A stretch of DNA of 64,000 nt from Octopus vulgaris (Eukaryota): NCBI GenBank assembly GCA_951406725.2, contig OX597820.1, positions 372,001 to 436,000 of the forward strand. Direction: 5' to 3'. The notes beneath the pieces were generated by a model. The model did no database searches. It worked only from the letters and a program-made list of their open reading frames with translations, and had not been told where the DNA came from. Shown here piece after piece: positions 50,407 through 62,799 of this stretch; position 1 is the first letter of the stretch; each line of letters starts with the position of its first letter. A program made the position numbers and the translations under genes.

Positions 50407-53400
50407 AACACTAGCCTTTCATATTTTGCACTGTATGAACATAACCTTACATAGGTCGAGACTAGGGGTAGGGAGGGGTAGGGATGATGAGAGCATTTGC
50501 AGTCTTCATGGGAAGCAACCCCGGAATGGCAAAGAATAGGAACTTCCGGCATGTGTGGTGGGGGTGGGAGGGCGGGTGCACCGTAGGTTAGTAAGGTTCT
50601 GTAAAATCGGAGCTAGCAAATGGGTTTGAAAAATCAGGGTGGCAAGACTAAACGAAAAAAATGTTTGAGCTAGACAGGGTAATGAGGGAATACTGAAAGA
50701 ATGAGGAACAATACAATGAGATGGAAATTGAAGAATAGTGAAAGAATAAAGATAAGTGCAAGATAGAAGGTAGTCGTAGTGAGGTTGAACGATTCACTTA
50801 GCTTTAGCCAATCATGATCTGTGCGTATTTCGTCTTTAGATATTTTGAAGCGAGTGGGGTTAACGATAATGCGATCGCTCTTTTATAATGGCGATGATGG
50901 TTATGGAAGGGGGGGGGCATAGAGAGACCTAGGGAGAGAGATATGGCGATGATGGTTATGGGAAGAGGGGGACATAGAGAAACAGGGAGAGAGATAGGGT
51001 TAGTTAGAGAGAGAGGTCAAGGAACACGTGGCGATAAAGCGGTGTGAGGAAATTTGACTAGGGACGGCATTGTCGATAATAAACATTGATAAATAGGTTT
51101 GAAAATCAGAAAAATCAGAGGGAATAATAATCATTATTGATAACTACTATAACATCGTGTCTTAGTAAGGTTCTGTTAATCGGAGCTAGCAAATGGGTTT
51201 GAAAAATCAGAGGGAATAATCATTATTGATAGCTAATATAACATCGTAGCTTAGAGGTATCTATGTGTGTGTGTGTCTGTGTTTGTCCCTCACCTTGACA
51301 ACTGGTGTTGGTGTGTCTATATCCCTGTAACTTAGCAGTTTGGCAAAAAAGACTGATAAAATAAGTACCAGGCTTTAAAAAAAAAGCAATTAGTGTGGTT
51401 GATTCAGCTAAAATTTCCTCAAGGTGGTGCCCCAGCATGGCCACAGTCTGACCGAAACAAGTAAAAGATAGTTTCTCCTGAATAAGTTTCATTATTTTAG
51501 CCTTGATTTTAACTGGAAAAATTGGGTGTGACTTCTACATGGAGCAAAACAAAAACTATGAAAGGAATAAAAAAGTTTGCACCCTGATTTAACCCTAAAT
51601 TTAAGGGTACAACGTGTGTATTAGCCAATAGGGTAATTGTTGTTCTTAGTTTAAAATGTCATTTTGTTCTCTAATGTATTAAATGCTGCAGTGTATCTTT
51701 TTATTCCGCTGTGTAGAGTAAAATATCTTCTTTGATGATGTTGATGGTTGACTTGCTAACCTTGTGCTCTGCACCTATCAGAACGCTTCTGTTTACTTAT
51801 CAGCTTATTGTATTGTGGGTTATCCTTATCATCAGTTTAACATGCAATGAGGCAGACCTGCATATTCATCTCTCTCTCTCTCTCTTTCATACCTCCACCC
51901 TCCATCTCTCTTACAAATTTAGTAATGAAATCTAACTTCTTCAGACCAACTGAATCTCCTTTCATTGGCCATTCTTCTTTATCTGTCTTTTCCAGTAACC
52001 ATTTGGTCCACTCTTTCATATCATTTTATGTTTCAGTATGTGCAGCATGTGTGGTTGAGAAACCTGCTTGCCAACCTTGTGGTTTTTAGTCCACTCCCAC
52101 TGTGTGGCATTCTGAACAAGTGTCTGTCACTATAGCTCTGGGCTGACCAAAACCTTGTGAGTGGGTTTGGTAGAAACAGAAAGAAGCCTGTCGTGTATGT
52201 GTGTACGTGTTTGTATGTGCTCTTGTCTAGATATCACATGATGGTTGCCAAGAAGCATCATAGTCACACGAGCAAGATTGTTTTGTTTTCCAATCTTCTG
52301 TGAAAAATGTCTGGCCATGGAGAAAATAATTACCTTGTTTGGAAATAGGTGAAGGAAGAACATTTTGTTGTAGAAAATCTGTCTCAACAAATTGCATCTG
52401 CCCTCTGCAAGCCTGGGAAAGTGGATGTTAAAAAGATGATAATAAGCATAAATTGTTTTACATAGGTGCAGAAGTGGCTGTGTGGTAAGTTGCTTGCTTA
52501 CCAACCACATGGTTCCAGGTTCAGTTCCACTGCATGGCAGCTTGAGCAAGTGTCTTTTACTATAGCCTCGGGCAACCAAAGCTTTGTGAGTGGATGTGGT
52601 AGATGGAAACTGAACGAAGCCCATCGTGTCTACATATGTGTGTGTGTGTCTGTGTTTGTCCCCCTACCATCGCTTGACAACTGATGTTAACATGTTTATG
52701 TCCCCATAACTTAGTGGTTCGGCAAAAAACTCCAATAAAATAAGTACTAGGCTTACAAAGAATAAGTCCCGGTGTCGATTTGTTTAACTAATGGTGGTGC
52801 TCCAGCATGGCAGACAAGCAAAAGAGTATGAGCATAAATTGTTTTACATAACTGGCGCACTGTCAGTTACGATGACGAAGGTTCCAGTTGATCCGATCAA
52901 CGGAACAGCCTGCTCATGAAATTAAAATGCAAGTGGCTGAGTACTCCACAGACACCTGTGTACCCATAACATAGTTTTCAGGGAGATTCAGCATGACACA
53001 GAATGTAACAAGGATGGCCCTTTGAAATAAAGTCACTTGTTGAAGGACACAAACTCTCCTCACTGTATAATCAGGAGCTGAATGCCCTAACCGCTAAATC
53101 ACACCTTCACTGTTTTACAAGCAGCATCATCATCATTGTTAACATCCGCTTTCCATGCTGGCATGGGTTGGACAGTTTGACTGAAGACTCCTAAGCCGGG
53201 AGGCTGCACCTAGCTCCAATCTGATTTGGCAAAGTTTCTACAGCTGGATGACCTTTCTAATACCAACCACTCTGAGAGTGCAGTGGGTGCTTTTTTACAG
53301 GCCACCGGTACGGGAGCCAGTCAGGTGGGCCTGGCCTTGGCCATGCTTGAATGGTGCTCTTTATGTGTCACTGGCATCAGCCAGGCTCAATGGTACTTTT

Positions 53401-53531
53401 TATGTGCCACCAGCATTGGTGCCAGTCAGGTGGCACTTGCAGTAGAATTATAAAACAATAATGGGGAAATAGACTAACTAATCAGAATTTAGCTGCTGCA
53501 TTATAATCTTATTGCTGTCTTTTGTTTTCAG

Positions 53532-53643
53532 AAAAAGTTTAAAATAAAATTTGATGGGAAAGGCACTAAAGTTCTTGGTGCTAAACTTGTTGCCTTTTTT
53601 GAGAACTGGAACATACCTATCAAAGTTGGTAGCAGAGTAGTTG
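53532..53643 (+). CDS. SETDB1: SETDB1 Tudor 1 end / Tudor 2 start (KKFKIKFDGKGTKVLGAKLVAFFENWNIPIKVGSRVV)
   Basis: ttttcag/gtgagt boundaries; matches human KKYKVKFDNKGKSLL...LYVGSRVV (recalled). The gene continues beyond the window. Confidence 0.92.
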
Positions 53644-54386
53644 GTGAGTATCTTTTTTTTAAATTTGGTTTACATTTAATTTTGTGGTAATATTAACTTT
53701 TTCTTATTTAACAAGCCACTGAAGGCCTGCGGACTCCGTATCCAATAACTTGCTCTGCCGCATCTTTGGTAAACCAATCTTATTAGAATAGTTGATTTTT
53801 TTGCAAACTAGTACCACGAGGAAGCTTGTTCACCCTAATAGGTAGGAGAGGCAATGATAACTTCAGGAAATTTGTGGCATGTAAATTCTCACACGGGCTA
53901 CTGTTCTTATGGTTAGAAAATGGAAGGAATAAGTCCCAATTCCTAATTATCTAAAAAGAAAAAAGAGAGGAATCTATTTTATGGGGCTTCCTTAGGTTAA
54001 GCTAAAGATTCATAGTTCCTTATCTTTTTGAGATTAATCTAGACAGATTGCAGACATGATAGTTGCTGTTTGAAATTTGAAGAATTTAGCAATTACCTTG
54101 AGGTAACCTGGTGGTATAACCATAATATGCTAAGAAGTCCCTTACCCTCTCTAATTGTTGCAATCTATTCACACCTTTTAATTAAACTACAATTACCTGA
54201 CCTACTTCATCGCTTGCAGCTTTGTTTTTCCTGTCTTTGCTTAAAACACCTGTCCTTGTCTTTCTCATTTCTCACCTTTTCTATTTTGTCTTGCTTGCAT
54301 TACTTACTAATAAATTACTCAATAATTTGTGCCTCAATTTTTCTTGGGTTCTGTTTGTTTTTATAATCTCCAACATCATTCCTGTG

Positions 54387-54800
54387 CACTTCTGTATTTA
54401 AGAGATGAGGAATTATATACATTATTTACATTCGACGGATATTTGTCCTCATCTTGTTTGTTGTTAACACGTTTCAGCTAATATACCCTCCAGCCTTCAT
54501 CAGGTGTCTTGAGGAAATTTCGAACCTGGGTTCTCATTCCTAAGGTATTTTTTGATGTTGTTCTTCAGGTCAGTGCTTGGAATCGAACTTGGAATCTTGG
54601 GGTTAGTAGCCTGCGTTCTTAACCACTACGCCATATGCCCTGAACAACAACAATAATAATAATATTGAAAAATACTTTAGGAATAAGAACCCAGGTTCGA
54701 AATTTCCCCAAGCCACATGAAGAAGGCTGGAGGGTACATCAGCCGAAACGTTGTGTGAGCAACAAACAAGATGAGGACAAATATCCATCGAATGTAAATA
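54387..54800 (-). mobile_element. tRNA-headed, hammerhead-containing Penelope-like repeat with inverted partner, flanked by a 12-bp TSD
   Basis: ATCATTCCTGTG at 54375-54386 and 54801-54812; - unit 54390-54640; inverted unit 54641-54800. Confidence 0.85.
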
Positions 54801-56067
54801 ATCATTCCTGTGAGTCCACAATGTGACCATCCACAATGCTCAGGACAATTTGGAGCCTTGGAATAAAACCTATCTTTGCTATATGTTCTGTTGTTCATTT
54901 AACCCTGTGTCTTTTTGGAACATAACAATTGTGATAAATGAGGGGAGATGTATAACTTTCTTCCCCCTTCAGTAGGACTTTATGTTTTTTGCTTAAATTA
55001 TGAAACTTTTTCAATTTCTCTGAGTAGATTTGAAACATGATGTGTGTGGCCACCACATGCATGTGTGTGTGTGTGTGTACATATGAAATTGTAAATTTGA
55101 TAGTGTGATACCCTTTTACAAAACTTAAGCAGAGCAAGGATCAAGAAATAGCTACAACCAGGAATTGAAACTGGGATGCAGATGCAGCTCACCGAGAGCT
55201 TACTGCCCTTCTCAGTAGGGCTTACAGCAATGAAATACATTTTGCTACAGGAAAGTAAAATTCCATTGACAAGTGGACACAACATGAATTGAAGATATTT
55301 CTAGAGTCCAGTAATGTGCAGAAAGCTACTGACCTCATAAAACCATTATTTAACATGCAGACTCTTCGACTCTTTTGCTGTGAGGTCACCCAAGACCACC
55401 TCAGGTTATATGATACAAAACCTCTATTTCTAAATTGTCTAAATGAAATCCTTCCATCCTGATTATCTTTGAGAATATTTTATGTTTCAAGTATCATTTT
55501 CATCAAAAAGCTCAGTCATTTTGTGAATTCCATCCAATTTGTTGATTATTTTCAAAATTAATTAAAGCACATAAGCAGTGTATTTCATAAGAAATAATCT
55601 AGAAGGTCAAAGCTCCTTAACATGTGCTTGATAACTGTCTCAACTTGGCTGTCTTGTTTGAAGAATTTACTAATTTGTATTGAGGTAATTTATGAATGTT
55701 CTTCCTTTGTTTGCATGCTGTTTGCCTATAACCATTCCTCTTATCTTTATTTTACAGTATTTTAAAGTTTCTTATATTTTGTTTTTGTAATTTTTTTTAT
55801 TTGACTTCATTTCATGTATTTTGGGAATAGTTGAACCATGCTTTCCTGACAGGAAATCACTGGTTCATTGCATTTCCAATGGTCAAAGTGACAAGGGTAG
55901 TTATTGTGTGTAAAGTGGGCAGAACAAATGCCAGAAGGTGTCATTTGTTGATGCAGGATTTAGCAGCAATTTGTTGCTGATGTATTTGTTTCCTTGCTTA
56001 TGTTGGTACATCTAATTTGATGTGTGTGTGTGTGTGTGTGTATATATATACATACACACACACATAG

Positions 56068-56440
56068 CCTCGGGTTGTGAAGAGGAGAGAACATCAATTG
56101 GCTACACCGCATAGGGCCATGGAAAGATCCATGCTAGGAATATAATTATGAGAGCCTATTTGAAACTAGATAATTTAACAAAGGTGAGAAGTGAACAATG
56201 TGATTGCAGTACTGAAAGCACAAGTTCCCCTGGGCTTGGGGCATGTCACAAATTCACAGACAACACAGGTGGACCTGTGCAGTTACCAAGTGGTATCCAA
56301 GAGACTGGAAAAGGCCAGTTGGAAAGCCTCTAAGACAATGGGTAGGTGATTTAATTAAAAGCAATTTGGCTCAAGATGGAAAAGAATGGTGTACTCAAGA
56401 CAGAATTGGAAGTGCTGCATTGTGACCAGTGGTGTGTAAC
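56068..56440 (+). mobile_element. Degraded fragment of a second RTE family
   Basis: RAMERSMLGI and RWT.AVTKWYPRDWKRPVGKP..W motifs. Confidence 0.7.
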
Positions 56441-59147
56441 AGAATCTGATGGTCTGGTTGATACTGCGATAAATATGTTCATATGTAACAGGATTCAGCA
56501 TAGTTTCCATCCACCATATTTTAATCACAAGACTTTTGGGGCTGAGGTAGCTCTACAGCTTGTTTAGATTCTGTCACTATAAATAAGTCATCAATGCCAG
56601 TTGTTGAACAAGAATCTGGAGGGTTCACTGTCTTGTACAGAAACCAAGCACTGTATCCTATTTTTGTTGCATCATCATCATTTAATACCTGTTTTCCATA
56701 CTGGCATGGGTTGGCTGATTTGACAGAAGCTGGCAAGCTGGTGGGGGGCACTACACTGGGATGCCCTTCCTTAATGCCAACCACTTTGCAGTGTGTACTG
56801 GGGTCTTTTCACATAGCATCACAGCTGAAATAGATTTTAAGAATGACTTATTTCTTGTGAAATTTATTTACTGCTTTTCATATTTTTTATTTGCGCAATT
56901 TGTTTTTAATGAATGTTTGTTGAATTCTCAAATTTATCTTCTGTTTTCTACCCTCTCCGAAATATACCCTGAACCAAAAACCTAGACCCCTTAACCTTTT
57001 TTTTCATTTCTGATAACATTTATATTATTTCCCTTTCTTTCTATTCTGTTATAGGAAACAAAAGTTGTAAGTTTTTTAGGTTTTATTTCTTCGAATTCTT
57101 GGAAATCCTTATCTTTTTTTAAATTTTTTCCCCCAATTTTCTCATTCTTGACCCCTCAAGATCCCATTACTTTTTTCCTTCTCTTCATGCCCCAGAATCC
57201 ATTACCTTGAGTATATCAGCAGGCATGTTGCGTATCAATATAAATCTGGCTAAATCTGTAATTTAGCTGAATTAAATGTTTATATAATCTGTTAATTAAA
57301 ATTGTCTTTTTTTAAAAAGTTATTCCTAACTTATTTCTAAAATAGAAAGTGAGTTTAAATCAGTAGTTTATCCTCTTTTTTATTTTCCAGTTTGATTCAG
57401 GTGTCAATAATTAGCTGTAAAATCTTATTTGAACCCTTTTCCCTCAGTAAGAATTGTAATTTTATGCAATAAGGTTTTTAATATTTATTTCTGCTACAGA
57501 ATTATTGTTATAAAAATATGACATTCTTGGCATAGAAAATTTCCACCATATCATATAACAAGCCACATTAAAAGGTTAAATTTATATTGTCACACATTTC
57601 AAAAAAATAGATTACTGATATTGAATCAAAACTGAGATATATGTGGTTAAAGATCTAACCCTTTAGCATTTAAACTGGCTAGATTTGACCTCTCACATGC
57701 ACCCTACTCTGTCATTCTACTAAAGATAAACAGCCACATCATAGATGTCTCGAAGCTACAAGATAATGTATAATTAATTCAAAACAGTGTAAATAAATAA
57801 GCATTAAATTTGACAATCTGAATGCTAAAGGGTTACACCTTATAACGTTATACTAAAAAAAAAAAATTTTTTTTCTTGAATTAAAAGATTAGAATTTATT
57901 GAGCAGTTTTCAAATACTTACCCATCACCCATAAAAACACTGATCTAAAATCACTTTTAACTAACTTACACAAATTTCGGTAATTGATCCTTAAAATTTG
58001 CGAAACACAACTATGTCAGCTGATGAAAAGGTAAAACTATCTCACAGAGAAATAATCTTGGTTCCCAGCTTATCACATCTAGTTGCCACTTATTTTGCAT
58101 GTAACTCCTTTTTTAACAATATGCATATATATTTTGTTTCCTAAGTTTTGTTGTTGATTATATTTAAAAGCCCCTTGATAGAAACAGAATTATAATTAAA
58201 GTTAAAAATATAGTAGATCTCTCCTGCCTTTAGACAAAGCATATTTAAGTTTCTATTTGCATTAAGCTAAATGAAATAATACCATTACTGTTATAGATGA
58301 GTAATTACTATCTTAGAAGGATGTCCAGGGGTTAAAAGGATTTTTTAAATGAGCAAATTTAATGATTTATATAAGTATTATTCAACTTTTGTATATGGTT
58401 TGCAAGATTCTTTCTGTGAACTCATGTATTGAAATACATTTTGTTGTATCTTGGGATGGTCATTGTGCCAATAATTAATACACACACTGGTTCAGTTTCA
58501 CTTCTTTATTATTTGTTTGTCAGCTGGTTAACCAGTAAGCTAATTAACTAAGTGATTGTTTCATCATTCTGTTAAGCAAGCAATCAGCCAGGTTTGTCAG
58601 TCCTTTTGCTGTTGTTGGTGACCTCTTCAATGACATGCCCTCTCTGCTTCAGGTCTATCTGTCTGTTACACAAAAGGACTTTGACAAACCTAACTGAATG
58701 ATTAGTCAAACAATCAATTAGATAATTGGTTAAATAACTAACCAATAGACAAATAAATGATAAAGAAGTGAAATATAGCCAGGGCGTGTATTATTGGCAT
58801 AATGACCCCTTCCAATTAAAAAAAAATTCAAATTTATATATCTATGGAAGCCCCATGCTAGCAAGGATTGGTTGATAGATTGAGGGGTGGGGGGAACACA
58901 TTTTATAAACATGGAATTGTGTCGTTGACACTTCATAGTTTGAAATACTATCAGTAAACATAGCAGAAGGAGAGAGAGAGAGAGACAGCTTGTCATTGAT
59001 GAGGTTGTGAATGTTGACTTAAGGACTTTGATAAATTGTTTGGTCCAATCAGTTAGGTTTGCCAAACAACCATTGAGTTAGTTGGGTGAATATTTAATCA
59101 AATGCCAGCTGAAAATAAAGAAATGAAAATAAATATACTCCTTTGTA

Positions 59148-59570
59148 CTCTAGGCACAAGGCTTGAAATTTTGGGGGAGGATCTTAGTCAATTGCATTGA
59201 CCCCAGTGCTCAACTGGTACTTATTTTGTTGATCCCAAAAGGATGAAAGGCAAAGACAATCTTGGCATTTTGAACTCGTAATGTAGACTGACAAAAGACC
59301 ACTAAGCATTTTGTTACGTGTGCTAATGATTCTACCAGCTGCCTTGATGATAATGGTTTCAAATTTTGGCATCAGGCCAGCAAGTTCAGGGGTGGTGGTA
59401 AGTTAATTACATCGACCCCAGCGCTCAACTGGTCCTTATTTCATCAACCCCGAAAGGATTAAAGGCAAAGTCCACCTCAGCAGAATTTGAACTCAGAACA
59501 TAAAGGATGGATAAAATGTCACTAAGCATGTTGCCCAGCATGCTAACAATTCTGCAGCTCACTTCCTTAC
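59148..59570 (-). mobile_element. Two tandem copies of SINE family 2
   Basis: Reverse complement of the family-2 consensus, twice. Confidence 0.8.
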
Positions 59571-60378
59571 CAAATTCAATATAATTAGATGTGTGTATGT
59601 CTTTTCTAAAGCTCTCATGACTTCCATAATATAATTACTAAAAGAAAAATATTTTCCTTTTTTTTTCACTATTTTGGTGAAAATAAATTATGTAAATAAC
59701 TGTTGTTGAAAGTTGATTAACATTCTTTGATTTTGCAGTGAACCATGTCAGTAGTATACCATTAGGGATTGCTTATTGCATCAAGATTTGTACAGCTTTT
59801 CTTTGCATGGTTGCTTTTTAAGCTTAGTGTGTATTGGGTAGGTTTGTTGGGCAGGTAGGGGTTGATTCATTCAAATGAATTGTATTTAATGATTATTGCT
59901 TTAGAGCAAATGTCTTGTCTATTTCAATTTGTCACTCAGCTAGGTTCTGCACTGCTCCCATCACCACCACTTTTTTAATGGGTTTGATGTATGTTTCCAT
60001 ACTTTTTAATTGGGTTGGATACCAGTTTTTAACTCTTAATGGGCTAGACATTTAGATCAACATTTTTTTAATGGGTTGGACGAAATGCCCTGTACTTTTA
60101 ATGGGTTGAGCACACCTTTTTAATGGGTTGGGTAGGTAATTGCTTTTATGTTTTTTAACAGGCTGCATGTATTGGTAGATTGATTAAAAAGACAGGTTTT
60201 TGCATCTGTCATTAATAGAAAATTGTTTAAATTACTGGACAATCTGTTTTAGTTTTATTTCTGGTTGCCAGAGATTGAATTTTAGCTTGGCTAACAGTTC
60301 CAAGACACTACAGTATCTTACTGATGTTATGAAAGTATATTTCTGTATTGTATTGTTTTGTACAAATCAATAGAATTA

Positions 60379-60592
60379 CCATATTTTCTGGCTTATAAGA
60401 CATGCTCTCACATAAGACGCACCCCTAATTTACAAGTATATTTTTTAGAGAAAACCCCAAATTTAGTGTGTTTGATCATACACCCATGCACTCAGTATAG
60501 CATCTGTAATACGGTTGCATTAGATGCATAGCAATTTTTTGCTACATTTAAGAATTAAAAAAATGCATCATTTTATATACCCGCATATATGG
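60379..60592. mobile_element. Tc1/pogo-type MITE
   Basis: TA|CCATATTTTCTGGCTTATAAGAC...TATACCCGCATATATGG|TA. Confidence 0.6.
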
Positions 60593-61124
60593 TAATTCTG
60601 TCTTCTGGTATTTCTTTAGTGAATCCAAAATTTGAGTGATATTTTTTTCTCCAAGATGTTCATGATTTCTCTTCACATTTAATTACCATTCATTACCATT
60701 CATTACCATTCACAACAAGAGAGAGAAAACCTCTGTGGCTTTTCAGCCTGCTGGAAATAGCAACCAAATCTTCATTTTACACTCATCCATTTTGAAAAAA
60801 GTGTTTCATACTGGGTAATATAGCCCTAGAATACACAATATTTGACAGAATGATGGGATGGTCATGATTGGTGTGCCTTTGCTCAGGGATATCCTAGAAT
60901 TAAGCAGCAAGCATCAAATCTTCCTACATGTTAAAATTATTCCAGCTGCCTCTCTCTTCTCTCTCTCTCTCCTCATCCTTCCTCTATTTTATTACTCAAA
61001 ATAGCTGCTTCTCACAGTGCAGTTGAAGATTGGTTATGGTCTTAAGACCCTTTGGTTTCTAACCTGAGATTTCCTATCTTGTAGACATTATTTCATGCTT
61101 AATATTTATTATTATTATTATTGA

Positions 61125-61580
61125 AGGTGGCGAGCTGGCAGACTCATTAGCACACCAGGCGAAACACTTAGTGGTATTTCATCTGCTGCTATGTTCTGAG
61201 TTCAAATTCTGCCGAGGTTGACTTTGCTTTTCATCCTTTCAGGGTTGATAAATCAAGTACCAGTCAAGTATTTGGGTCGATATGATTGACTTGCCTCCTC
61301 CCCCAAAATTTCAGGCCTTGTGCCTATAGTAGAAAGGATCATTATTATTATTATTATTATTAAGGTTTGCGAGTTGATAAAACTATTAAAATGCTGGACA
61401 AAATGCTGCTAAGCATTTTGTCCAACAATATATTCTGAATTCAAATTCCACTGATGTCAACTTTGCCTGAGGTTGACCTTTTAGGGTCAATAAAATGAGT
61501 ACCAATTGATCACTGGGGTCAATGTAAATGGCTTATCCCTTCCATGGAACTACTGACCTTGTGCCAAAATTTCAAACCAA
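61125..61580 (+). mobile_element. Two tandem copies of SINE family 2
   Basis: Units at ~61125 and ~61362 separated by (ATT)n. Confidence 0.8.
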
Positions 61581-62799
61581 TATTTTATCCTCATCATAAT
61601 TTACCACCCATTTTCCATGCTGGCTTTAGTTGGATGGTGTGAAAGGATCCATGGATTCAAGGACTGCGTTGTGCTCCAGTCTCAGCTTTGCCATGGTTTG
61701 CACTGCAGGACACACTTCCTAATGCCAATCACACAATCACATCACAGTGTACTGGGTGCTAGTTTTTTTCCTTCCTTTTGTGTGTGTGTGTGTGTGCCAC
61801 CATGCATCTTGCTTGCAAGACTACAATCCCTGAATGTGTGGGGGTGGGGTGTGCAGCTTCATGCTGGGAGAATCTGGAGTAGAGAGGGAGTAAAGTGTGA
61901 GAGAAAAGGGCTGCAGCAATTAACAGTTGTTTCTGTTGACTAATGGTGGTTAGTTCTAGCTAAAAAACAAACAAACCCCAAAAGGCAAAAACCAATCTTG
62001 CAAACTGCTGTCAATTCCCAATTGGAATATCACAGAGTTTGTTAAACGTACTCCTTGTGACATACATTTTCACTTCTCTATTAGCAAGATCCATAGGGGT
62101 AGAAGGTAAGCTTTTGACAAGCTCAATCTGTTTCTAGTTATCTGACATTGTCTCTACCATTCAGTACAGCATGAATGTCACAACGCTGTTACTTCATTCT
62201 TATAAAATCACCAAAGTTAATCAAACATTGATGTTAATCTCTCATTACAAATGTTAACTATTTAAGGATACATCTACCCTCATTTATCATTGGGGTTTGG
62301 TTCCAAACATTGCAGTGATAAATGGATCTTCTCTACACACTTTATAAATGGAGTGAATGGTAGATTCATTGGCACCAAGCTACTGGCTTCCATGTATTTT
62401 CTTGCTTGTCTGCTTTTTGCTGTAGAGAATCCACTTGTCTCTATCATTTGTTAGGATCAGCTGCATTTGTATTCCTTTTTGTGTTGTTTTTAGCTTACAG
62501 GAGATTTCACTGTAGCAAAATTCACCATAAAACAATAAAATAAACTGCAAAAAATAATTGCATTATTTCATAACAAAATTAAAGTTTTTTTTGTAACTTT
62601 TGAACTTTGGTCAAATTAGAAATAGCTTCGGCTCTGCTGTTATTCTGTTGTTCACTGTTTCTCATCTAATACAGTGGGTTTTTTTTTTCCAAACTTGTTA
62701 TTCATTATGTTGCTACAATTGGTAAAAAAGTAAAAGATATGGTTATAATTTAATATGTAGAAAAAATAGATTTATATGCTTAAAATATATTTTAATCAA

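Larger units (their letters stand above)
46536..51260 (-). mobile_element. Apparently full-length RTE-clade LINE inserted in the (TG)n tract of a family-1 SINE
   Basis: (ATG)n tail at 46536-46560, 3' UTR repeats, intact ORF, ~850-bp 5' region; SINE halves at 46370-46535 and 51262-51467; TATGTGTG... on both sides. Confidence 0.9.

Noticed and set aside
54565-54640. tRNA gene
   Set aside because: A and B boxes are present, but there is no complete acceptor stem or cloverleaf; it is part of a repeat. The same applies to the SINE heads.
57391-57400. 10-nt candidate exon (ttccag|TTTGATTCAG|gtgtca)
   Set aside because: Weak donor and frameshifting length; no further support
59971-60136. CRISPR-like repeat-spacer look
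   Set aside because: Eukaryotic intron; repeats are only ~14 bp and degenerate, spacers are irregular, no cas genes
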